Counted from the stretch's first letter, positions 1 through 6,886 are shown. The stretch is 25,610 nt of DNA from a virus (IMGVR_UViG_3300037420_001576:1-25610), one strand, 5' to 3'. Made by a program: numbers and translations. Notes: generated by a model from the letters alone, not told the origin.

Positions 1-156
1 CGTATATTTTCTAATAACACCGTATACTTGTTTATCATAAACATTTAAATAAATCCCATCTTCAGCAACTGCATCAGGAATCATTGTGAAGTATTCCTCC
101 GACTTATCGATTAAGTAATGTTGAACCTCTTGATTTTGAATATCATTATTTAACAT
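1..156 (-). CDS. Winged-HTH (HTH_36 / replisome-organiser N-terminal-like) protein, truncated by the window edge
   Basis: Not in the ORF track. RBS AGGAGG then ATG at 156. Reads MLNNDIQNQEVQHYLIDKSEEYFTMIPDAVAEDGIYLNVYDKQVYGVIRKYT, with the F-x-x-IP...L...K-x-x-Y pattern of phage initiator N-termini. Confidence 0.65.
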   Translation of the reverse strand, partial: MLNNDIQNQEVQHYLIDKSEEYFTMIPDAVAEDGIYLNVYDKQVYGVIRKYT

Positions 157-174
157 ATGTATCCCTCCTATTTT

Positions 175-417
175 TTATCGAACCAAATACACGTTATAAT
201 TTTCGTTTCTTACCACTTCAATAAGGCCATTTGCTTCTAGTTCTTTAATGTATTTATGAACAGATTTTGCTGTGATGCCTAACAGTTCTCCAAGATAACG
301 AATTGAAGGATATTTACCTTCTGGAAAACTTGCTAAAACGCCATAGAGCATTCGAGCTGAGAAACTGATGTTCTTGTTTTCCGCAACATGTCTTGGAATT
401 TGGATATAATCATTCAT
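175..417 (-). CDS. Stand-alone winged-HTH protein (HTH_36-like), 80 aa
   Basis: Start moved from 525 to ATG 417 (AAGGAG RBS, TGGTATAAT -10 upstream). YIQIPR..ISFSARMLYGVL..YPSIRYLGELLGITAKSVHKYIKELEANGLI is a typical wHTH. Confidence 0.8.
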   Translation of the reverse strand: MNDYIQIPRHVAENKNISFSARMLYGVLASFPEGKYPSIRYLGELLGITAKSVHKYIKELEANGLIEVVRNENYNVYLVR

Positions 418-539
418 CGATATCATCTCCTTTATTTTATTATACCACATTCTTTTTAAAAGTGTAGTATATTTTACATCAATATAATTATCGGTCAAAA
501 AGAAATATCCTTTAGAATTTTCCAATCTTTTTTCTTTTT

Positions 540-855
540 TCTTTTGAAAAGGGAGAGCCTTCGGCTCTCTCTTACAAAGGAGATCTTTTATCTTTTTGTC
601 TTTTGTCAGCGAAGCGTTTCTTTTCTCTTTTGATGTTTTGAAAAGATTGCTTTTGAAAAAGGGAACAAAGTTCCCAATATCTTTTATATATTGTTATTTT
701 ATATTGTTATAATTCTATTGTTCTTATTTCTGTAAATCTTATTAACGATGTCGTTAATGTTATTTACGACATGTCGTTAATGTTATTTACCACCTTAAAC
801 GTAGTTAATTTTATTTACTACTTAAAAGGTAGTATCATGATGAAACTACCTATAA
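540..855. other. Putative replication origin (iterons, palindromes, AT-rich tract, hairpins)
   Basis: Non-coding gap between initiator-like wHTH genes. Contains 20-bp direct repeats at 748-818, an AT-rich tract at about 676-740, and hairpins at 553-569 and 661-675. Confidence 0.65.
748..818. repeat. Iteron-like direct repeats
   Basis: ATGTCGTTAATGTTATTTAC at 748-767 and 771-790 (exact). ACGTAGTTAATTTTATTTAC at 799-818 (17/20 match). Confidence 0.85.
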
Positions 856-858
856 GAC

Positions 859-883
859 AAAAAAAAGAGCCTATAAGCTCTTT
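859..883 (-). terminator. Intrinsic terminator overlapping the stop codon of 871..1128
   Basis: AAAGAGC-ttatag-GCTCTTT followed by a U-run on the minus strand. Confidence 0.75.
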
Positions 884-1128
884 ATGTAGTACCTGCTTTT
901 TGCTTTTCCACCATCTTCATTATAGTTACGTTCAACAAGTAATGTTCCATCTGCTTCTAGTTTTCTTATGATGTTTGCAACTGTCATTTTTGTACAGGAT
1001 AAAAGTTTCGCTAATTCAGTCATTGAAAATTTAGGATCTTCCAACGTATCAATCACAATTAAAAATAACTTCTCTTTCATATCATATTTTGTACTTTCGA
1101 TAATCTCATGTACCATCATTATCATCAT
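871..1128 (-). CDS. Small winged-HTH DNA-binding protein
   Basis: FSMTELAKLLSCTKMTVANIIRKLEADGTLLVER..GGKAKSRYYI is an HTH plus wing. AAGGAG RBS. The exact start Met is uncertain. Confidence 0.8.
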   Translation of the reverse strand: MMIMMVHEIIESTKYDMKEKLFLIVIDTLEDPKFSMTELAKLLSCTKMTVANIIRKLEADGTLLVERNYNEDGGKAKSRYYIKSL

Positions 1129-1195
1129 CTCCTTATAAATTGTTTATACCATATACTAAATTATATGTAAAGTAAATGAATCCTTTTTTAAACAC

Positions 1196-1224
1196 AAAAA
1201 AAGCCGAGCGGGGATGCTCAGCTT
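1196..1224 (-). terminator. Intrinsic terminator
   Basis: AAGCTGAGC-atccc-cGCTCGGCTT followed by a U-run. Confidence 0.7.
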
Positions 1225-1282
1225 CTTCTGTACGAGTTTAAACTTGGCCTTTGGCCTATCTAGATCATATCATAAATTGGAT

Positions 1283-1309
1283 AAAAAAAGAAGCTCATTC
1301 GAGCTTCTT
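1283..1309 (-). terminator. Intrinsic terminator of the ERF gene
   Basis: AAGAAGCTC-gaat-GAGCTTCTT followed by a U-run. Confidence 0.8.
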
Positions 1310-2099
1310 ACACGCCTAATCCTTGAATAATTGCATTCGCCTGCTTGCTGTTGATTTCTGCTAGAGTGGATTTGCCTGCTAATCTTGCAAATGCTTCTTC
1401 AGCTGTTGTTTGGTTGATTCCGTATTTCTGAGCGAATAAGCGAATTTTCATTTTTACAAGGTTAAGCTGTTTATCCGTTGTAGGCGAACCAGAAATGGTA
1501 GCTAGTCCTAAATTCATCATGATTTGTTTGTATTCTGGAAGTTCTGGATTCGTTGCTGGAACGATTGGCTTGTCCTCGAATGCATCAGCTGGAATGCTTG
1601 AATCATCCATGAAGCTTTCAAATGAACCAAACGGATTTTCAGTTTGAGCAGCTGGCTTCTTTGGAGCTTGATATGTAGAAGGAGCAGCTGTAGCTTTTGT
1701 TTTCGCTGTAAATTCATCTGTATCTGCATCTTTTGTATCATCGATTAAGAATAAGCCATTTAAAGCGTATTTTCGAGCATAAGATGATGTAGAACCTGTA
1801 ATTTGTGAATCATCCATTCCTTTTTTATCAACACTTTCACGAGCAAGAGCTGTATTTTCAAGCGTTTCTCCGTTTTCTGTATCAATAAGAACACATGTAG
1901 CTTTTACATAGTAACGATCTCCGACAAGTTCGATGGAATCTTTAATGATTAGCGTTAATCCATGTTGCAGAAGAAGTGGTTTTAATGCTTCGAGGATGTC
2001 CTCTTGATTTCTGTAGTGATACTTACCAAAACTGTTGTACTGACCTTTAGGAGCTTTTAACTCATTTTGAACCTTTACCAATTTTAAATAGATATTCAT
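1308..2099 (-). CDS. erf: ERF-family single-strand annealing recombinase
   Basis: IYLKLVKVQNELKAPKGQYNSFGKYHYRNQEDILEALKP and the GMDDSQITGSTSSYARKYALNGLFLIDDTKDAD signature. Confidence 0.92.
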   Translation of the reverse strand: MNIYLKLVKVQNELKAPKGQYNSFGKYHYRNQEDILEALKPLLLQHGLTLIIKDSIELVGDRYYVKATCVLIDTENGETLENTALARESVDKKGMDDSQITGSTSSYARKYALNGLFLIDDTKDADTDEFTAKTKATAAPSTYQAPKKPAAQTENPFGSFESFMDDSSIPADAFEDKPIVPATNPELPEYKQIMMNLGLATISGSPTTDKQLNLVKMKIRLFAQKYGINQTTAEEAFARLAGKSTLAEINSKQANAIIQGLGV

Positions 2100-2159
2100 A
2101 TATTATCCCTCCAATTTTATTAGCGGATACATTCCGCATTTTTGAATCTGAACCCTACT

Positions 2160-2600
2160 TTAGTTTGCTTTGTTAAGCTTTCGCAACACTTTCTTTGCTT
2201 CTTTAATTGTTTTTGGCGTTTCTTCTAAGCGTTGGTTTTTTTCGTTTAGCAAATCAATGATTTGATCTATGATTTCACGATATGCTTCCTTTTCTTTTGC
2301 GATTCGTTTGCGTTCTTTTATTTCAATTTCCGCATCGATGGAAGCTTTTACTTGCATTGCATCATAATAGCCAAACACTTCTAAAAGATAAGCTTCTAAC
2401 TCTACATAGGTTTCTGGCTTATCATATCTTCCAATTGGCCTCCACCCATCCATTTTAGCATAATTTTTGTTGCCTGTTTCCTTTCTGATACGAGAAATTG
2501 TTTTTGAATCGTAGCTATCTTTATCCCATATATAAATCGTATACTTGCCATTTGCATTTGTATCTTTAATGCTATAGCCCTTTCCATGTTTTTTTGCCAT
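2160..2600 (-). CDS. Hypothetical protein with a basic coiled-coil C-terminus
   Basis: GGAGG RBS favours ATG at 2600. Sigma-A-like promoter upstream. Confidence 0.7.
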   Translation of the reverse strand: MAKKHGKGYSIKDTNANGKYTIYIWDKDSYDSKTISRIRKETGNKNYAKMDGWRPIGRYDKPETYVELEAYLLEVFGYYDAMQVKASIDAEIEIKERKRIAKEKEAYREIIDQIIDLLNEKNQRLEETPKTIKEAKKVLRKLNKAN

Positions 2601-2691
2601 AGTTATCAACCTCCATTTTAATTTTCATAACTAACTACTTTTATTATATTCTCTGCTGCTTTGTTTTTTCCTTTTTTTTACTTCTACTTAA

Positions 2692-2719
2692 ATTATATAC
2701 CTAACTAAAGCTTTTGCAA
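2692..2719 (-). promoter_or_regulatory. Sigma-A-like promoter TTGCAA-16-TATAAT
   Basis: Near-consensus hexamers. Shares TTGCAAGAAAATT (plus strand) with the promoter at 4729-4756. Confidence 0.55.
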
Positions 2720-2899
2720 GAAAATTCTTTTTAATTTTAAAAGAAAGTTAGTTATAAATCTTACATCGTCTGAATTCAGAAAAACTTTAGCATTTCCTTT
2801 TTATTTTTTGGAAAAAGTTACATATAGGATAAATGGAATTGATCATGTATAGTTAGATGTACCGAAACCGCTGCATGTTGTGTTGTACCTCTTCTAAAG

Positions 2900-2928
2900 A
2901 AAAAGCTTCCGTAAAGGAAGCTTTTTTT
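2900..2928. terminator. Bidirectional intrinsic terminator
   Basis: AAAAAGCTTCC-gtaaa-GGAAGCTTTTT with A/U tracts on both sides. Confidence 0.8.
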
Positions 2929-3211
2929 ATTTTAGCGAATCGAATAGTTTTTGATATTCTTCATCATCATATTCAATTTGTATATCTTGCTTTTGTAAGC
3001 TAAGCTTTCTACTTGATAGCTCTGATAGATAAAATAACTTTGAGGATCTATTATAATCTTGCACTTGCTCCTCTACATCATCGTATCGATATCTTCTAGG
3101 CTTAGCTTCTATTTCAGCAGCGTATTCTGGAGCAAGCATTTCAAGATTGGATACATCAACTTTCTCCTCCTGAACTGTTTGAACCTCTTGAACATGAACC
3201 TTCTTTTCCAT
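2927..3211 (-). CDS. Hypothetical acidic protein
   Basis: AAAGGGG RBS before ATG 3211 (MEKKVHV...). Confidence 0.7.
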   Translation of the reverse strand: MEKKVHVQEVQTVQEEKVDVSNLEMLAPEYAAEIEAKPRRYRYDDVEEQVQDYNRSSKLFYLSELSSRKLSLQKQDIQIEYDDEEYQKLFDSLK

Positions 3212-3318
3212 ATTGGCTATCCCCTTTCGTTGTCTTTGTTTTTGTCTTACAATTTCAGTATACACGAAAAGGAAGAAATAGGTAAAAAAAGTTAGTTATT
3301 TTAACAAAAAATTTCTAC

Positions 3319-3347
3319 TTTACAAATAATACAGTTTCCTGTATGAT
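3319..3347 (+). promoter_or_regulatory. Sigma-A-like promoter TTTACA-17-TATGAT
   Basis: -35 at 3319-3324, -10 at 3342-3347, exact 17-nt spacer, A-tract upstream. Confidence 0.65.
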
Positions 3348-3353
3348 TGAGTT

Positions 3354-3430
3354 AGCAACATGAATATCTTATTTCATATAAAATCCCGAATCCTGCTACT
3401 AGGTTTGAACCCCCTAGTAGCTTTTTATTT
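3354..3430 (+). ncRNA. Candidate trans-acting antisense sRNA (about 75 nt)
   Basis: Bounded by the promoter above and a 9-bp terminator (3395-3426). Positions 3372-3387 are complementary to the translation start of 4194..4394. Confidence 0.6.
3395..3426 (+). terminator. Plus-strand intrinsic terminator
   Basis: GCTACTAGG-loop-CCTAGTAGC-TTTTT. The U-tract is only on the plus strand. Confidence 0.8.
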
Positions 3431-3488
3431 TTTCTGGTTAAGGTATTTGTAAGGGAAGATACACAAAAATAAAAAAATGAGCCATTTA

Positions 3489-3752
3489 TTAGCTCATTTT
3501 TTGCTTTTTAGCTTTATGCATTGCAAGTAAGTTCACAACAAGGAAATCAATTGTTTTATAAGATTTGATCATATCACTTAAGGTTATATCAATGCAATCT
3601 TGAGGAAGCAGCCAACGAAACAAAACCTCTTCATCTGTTAGTTCTACGTAATCAAAGAAAGCTTGAATCTTTAGTTCTTCATTCATAATTTTGCACACAA
3701 CATCGCCCAAAGCTTCATTCGAGAAGTTCTTTATAAGTAACATCATTATCAC
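3489..3752 (-). CDS. Hypothetical protein
   Basis: ORF with an AGGAG RBS. The start may be one of the ATGs a few codons downstream. Confidence 0.65.
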   Translation of the reverse strand: MIMMLLIKNFSNEALGDVVCKIMNEELKIQAFFDYVELTDEEVLFRWLLPQDCIDITLSDMIKSYKTIDFLVVNLLAMHKAKKQKMS

Positions 3753-3827
3753 GCTCCTAACGTATATTCATAGTATACTACTAAAATAGCAAAATAGACC
3801 GTTTTTGTTTGTTTTTGAAGCTATTTT

Positions 3828-3938
3828 TTACTCAAACTTTTCAGATAACCAAACGCAGAAATAGCCAATTGCACAGGATATGGCCGAACCTATGATGCCA
3901 GAGCCGATAGCGAGTAAGATGAGCTGGAAATTACTCAT
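3828..3938 (-). CDS. 36-aa single-TM peptide
   Basis: Not in the ORF track. MSNFQLILLAIGSGIIGSAISCAIGYFCVWLSEKFE, with an ATGA overlap on the stop of 3935..4207. Confidence 0.6.
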   Translation of the reverse strand: MSNFQLILLAIGSGIIGSAISCAIGYFCVWLSEKFE

Positions 3939-4207
3939 TCAAATCGACTTCTTTCCAGCTCTTCTGAGAAACATTTTAAGCATGTACCACGCTCTGGAGG
4001 AGCAACTTCTTCTCCACATTCAACGCAGTTGATTGATTCTAGTATTACACTTCCATCTTTTATGCGATACATCGAACCTGTTTCTAGATCCAAAACTTTA
4101 CGAACTTCATTTAGAAAGCTTAATGCCATTCCTAGAGCAAACACACGGTACAACACCTCGAAATCATCTTCTTTTGCTTGAAGCACAATGAACCTATTTT
4201 TTTTCAT
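3935..4207 (-). CDS. Hypothetical protein with a C-terminal Zn-ribbon
   Basis: CVECG...CLKC motif; GGAGGGG RBS. Confidence 0.7.
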   Translation of the reverse strand: MKKNRFIVLQAKEDDFEVLYRVFALGMALSFLNEVRKVLDLETGSMYRIKDGSVILESINCVECGEEVAPPERGTCLKCFSEELERSRFE

Positions 4208-4394
4208 TTGTATCCCCTCCCTTTTCTTTTATCTCTCCTGCTATAGCAAACCCTATGACCATTGGCAAAGCAGAAGCCATTGAGATAAGCATATGATGCC
4301 TTGAAATTACTTCTTTATCCGCAAAGAGTAGAAAGCTTATAAAAACCAATAACCCTACTACGATTCCTCCAAAATAAAATGCTTGTTTTTTCAT
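4194..4394 (-). CDS. 66-aa two-TM membrane protein (predicted sRNA target)
   Basis: Two hydrophobic segments; AAGGAGG RBS. Confidence 0.75.
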   Translation of the reverse strand: MKKQAFYFGGIVVGLLVFISFLLFADKEVISRHHMLISMASALPMVIGFAIAGEIKEKGGDTNEKK

Positions 4395-4409
4395 ATAAAA
4401 TCCCTCCTT

Positions 4410-4706
4410 TTAATTAAACAGAAACAACAGCCTAGTTTCAGGACAACGTTCTGTAAGATATTCAAATAATTCTGATTTATTTATTTCTTCATTCCGTGCT
4501 TTCAAATTGAACAATGATGAAAACATCTTTTCTACCTCTACTAATTTAAGTTTCTCTATACCTTCCCATTCTGTATATTTTTCAATGATCACCGTGTATG
4601 TAAAATTATCTTTTTCTATCGTTATGAAATAAAATAATCCATTTGTTTCGCGAAAATATGGAGAAAGTTTTTTATCTGTTCGAACCTCTTTAACTTTTAT
4701 ATCCAT
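4410..4706 (-). CDS. Hypothetical protein
   Basis: AAGGAGG RBS; promoter immediately upstream. Confidence 0.75.
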   Translation of the reverse strand: MDIKVKEVRTDKKLSPYFRETNGLFYFITIEKDNFTYTVIIEKYTEWEGIEKLKLVEVEKMFSSLFNLKARNEEINKSELFEYLTERCPETRLLFLFN

Positions 4707-4728
4707 ACAAATCCTCCTTCCTGAATTC

Positions 4729-4756
4729 AGTATATTCTAGTTAGTTATAATTGCAA
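4729..4756 (-). promoter_or_regulatory. Sigma-A-like promoter TTGCAA-16-TATACT with the ATAACTAAC motif in its spacer
   Basis: Hexamers read directly. The motif is at 4740-4748. Confidence 0.6.
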
Positions 4757-4774
4757 GAAAATTTTTAAGAAAAT

Positions 4775-4950
4775 AAAAAAAAGCTCCTGCTTTCCGATAG
4801 CAAGAGCTTTACGCCAAAAACAATATGTAGCATACCTAATTTAACACACCATGAACTTAACGACAGTAGCAACTGTAAGAAGAAGAGCAATCTACATGAC
4901 AGCCTTCCGCTCCAGCTAACGACCCCCAGAAATTAGCTGAGCTATCAATG
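4775..4950 (-). ncRNA. Candidate structured ncRNA (about 175 nt)
   Basis: TTGCTT-18-TATAAT promoter upstream, several nested stems, terminator at 4775-4810, no RBS-led ORF seen. Confidence 0.5.
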
Positions 4951-4958
4951 TATAATTA

Positions 4959-5042
4959 TTATACATCTTTATCATAATAAAAAGCAAGAAGGATAACCAG
5001 AAACCAACACAAGGCAAGCAGCGTTACTTGTTCGTTGAACAT
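4959..5042 (-). CDS. 27-aa hydrophobic peptide (type I toxin-like)
   Basis: Not in the ORF track. GAGGTGAT RBS. MFNEQVTLLALCWFLVILLAFYYDKDV. Confidence 0.6.
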   Translation of the reverse strand: MFNEQVTLLALCWFLVILLAFYYDKDV

Positions 5043-5072
5043 CACGATCACCTCAGTTGTTATCCTTCCCAA

Positions 5073-5447
5073 CTAGTCAAAATACATCCACACTCTATCT
5101 TTTGCTTTAAAGCATTTGTAGCTATGTTTTTTAAACCATGTCTTTGGCGGATAAATATCATAGTATTTGTAGAAGTAATCGCTTAGCTCTTGGATACGTT
5201 CGGCTTCATTTTTCGAAAGCGTACCGAAACTTAGCTTATCAATTGGAAATGCATTAACATCTGTACGTTTAGAACTTTGAGCATAAAAGTAAAGCTGAAA
5301 TTCATCTTCAAGATTTAGCGTAGCCACATCTTCAATGAAAAATATCTCCCCTGATTCTTTTAGCTCCTTTAATTTCTTCTTCATCTGCAAAAAACTTTTC
5401 TCTGTGTTTCTCTCATTTTGCATCATTTCCTGAATATTTACCTTCAT
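5073..5447 (-). CDS. Hypothetical protein
   Basis: 124-aa ORF with an AAGGGGG RBS. Confidence 0.75.
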   Translation of the reverse strand: MKVNIQEMMQNERNTEKSFLQMKKKLKELKESGEIFFIEDVATLNLEDEFQLYFYAQSSKRTDVNAFPIDKLSFGTLSKNEAERIQELSDYFYKYYDIYPPKTWFKKHSYKCFKAKDRVWMYFD

Positions 5448-5765
5448 ATAAGAACCCCCTTGTATTTTTTCTGTTATCGTAGGAAATCACTGTTTTTTGT
5501 TAGTTATTGGCGTTTATAGCAAATTATTTATCTGTATCGTCAAGTTTTTGTACGCATTTTGATTTTATTCGTATCACATTCCAGTAGTTTCGCTTATGCT
5601 CAACTACTGGTGAAATTTGAATCCTGATTGATAATTCGACAAAAAAATGCAGCTGCTTTTATCTGCTTCTAACTGCAATTGGATGCAACATAGACCGATA
5701 AAAATAACTAACTGCTACTTCCATTATATCCTAATTGTGATTCTTTTAGAACATTCCTAGCTATG

Positions 5766-5790
5766 AAAAAAAGAAGAGCATTACGCTCTT
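5766..5790 (-). terminator. Terminator of the endolysin/late operon
   Basis: AGAGC-gtaat-GCTCT followed by a U-run. Confidence 0.7.
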
Positions 5791-5791
5791 C

Positions 5792-6691
5792 TTAGCCATT
5801 TAAAAGTACGTTCATTTTTGAACGAGTATTTTGACCATAAATACCATCGGCCGTTAGTCCATTTTTGCTCTGGAAACGTACTAATGCGTTGTATGTCATA
5901 TTTCCAAATGAACCATCTACGCTACCGCAAGAGAAGCCTAAATCGTTAAGAGCTTTCTGAAGCTTTTGGACTTCAGCTCCTGTAGCTCCTTTTTTAAGTG
6001 TTCCAGCAGGTAAGAACCAATCTGCAGACTGCCAAAGCACGACACGATTATCTGAACGATATACTCTCGAATGATCCCATTGCTTTGCATACGTTACCGC
6101 TTGAGCTTGCGTATCAAATGCCTTTAGCTCTGTAGCATATTGAGAAACAATGTATTTATATGTAGGAGCAACTGGCGTTACAGCTGGAGTTTGTCCATTT
6201 AATGCAGAAGCTACAGCTGCTACAAATTGCTCATACGTTTTCCCATATTGCTTAAAGTAATCTACAGGATCTTGGTGGTCAGATTCATGCCAAGTATCCG
6301 AAACCCATTTATGAGAATGCATTGTTTCAACGCCTAATCCATGACGTTTTAAAATATCAGCTGCAAGCCAAACCCCTCTATCCCACACTTTTTGAAAGTC
6401 AGCTGCATTTTTTGCCATACATAGCTCAATTCCTAAGAATTTAGAATTTCCTGTAGGCCCAACATGCCAAGCTTGCTCTGATTCAGGAATCGTACGAATG
6501 ATGTAGTTTGTGTCGAGCCAATCTACAAAATAATGAGCAGAAGCATTGCGATTTCCACCGTTGAAATAGGTGAAGTGATTCATTGCTGTTGCTCCTTCAT
6601 TGTCCGTATCATGAATAACAAGCCCTTGTACATTCAATGCTTTTCCAGAACGATTATAGGCAATTAGTTTTTCAGTAATTTGATAACTCAT
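5792..6691 (-). CDS. Endolysin: Amidase_2 N-acetylmuramoyl-L-alanine amidase with C-terminal PG_binding_1 domain
   Basis: VIHDT, ASAHYFVD, AWHVG, GIELC, HSH..HQDP catalytic motifs. LKKGATGAEVQKLQKAL..DGSFG..T..A..FQ..GLTADGIYG binding domain. Confidence 0.95.
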   Translation of the reverse strand: MSYQITEKLIAYNRSGKALNVQGLVIHDTDNEGATAMNHFTYFNGGNRNASAHYFVDWLDTNYIIRTIPESEQAWHVGPTGNSKFLGIELCMAKNAADFQKVWDRGVWLAADILKRHGLGVETMHSHKWVSDTWHESDHQDPVDYFKQYGKTYEQFVAAVASALNGQTPAVTPVAPTYKYIVSQYATELKAFDTQAQAVTYAKQWDHSRVYRSDNRVVLWQSADWFLPAGTLKKGATGAEVQKLQKALNDLGFSCGSVDGSFGNMTYNALVRFQSKNGLTADGIYGQNTRSKMNVLLNG

Positions 6692-6886
6692 ATATACACG
6701 CTCCTTTGTCTACTATATAAATTTTTAAAACTTGTACGACAGTTATGTTTGGATTTATTGAAAGTTTTCTGGTACGCTAAAGTTAAGCAAAAAAATTCCG
6801 ATATATAAAAGGAATTTTTTAGTTTATCCGTAACTTTCTAAATAAGAAAGAAACGATAGAAAACATATTAGAGGAGGAAACCCCAG

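Noticed and set aside
748-818. Mini CRISPR array
   Set aside because: Gaps between the repeats are only 3 and 8 nt, and there are no cas genes.
771-971. Plus-strand 66-aa ORF
   Set aside because: No RBS; it runs through the iterons and antisense to a real wHTH gene.
1517-2587. Alternative-frame ORFs 1517..1741 and 2402..2587
   Set aside because: Nested within better-supported genes and lack an RBS.
2160-5447. Arbitrium or Rap-Phr signalling module
   Set aside because: No TPR receptor-sized ORF and no signal-peptide pro-peptide.
4775-5760. tRNA genes in the structured intergenic regions
   Set aside because: No cloverleaf or GTTCRA T-loop was found.
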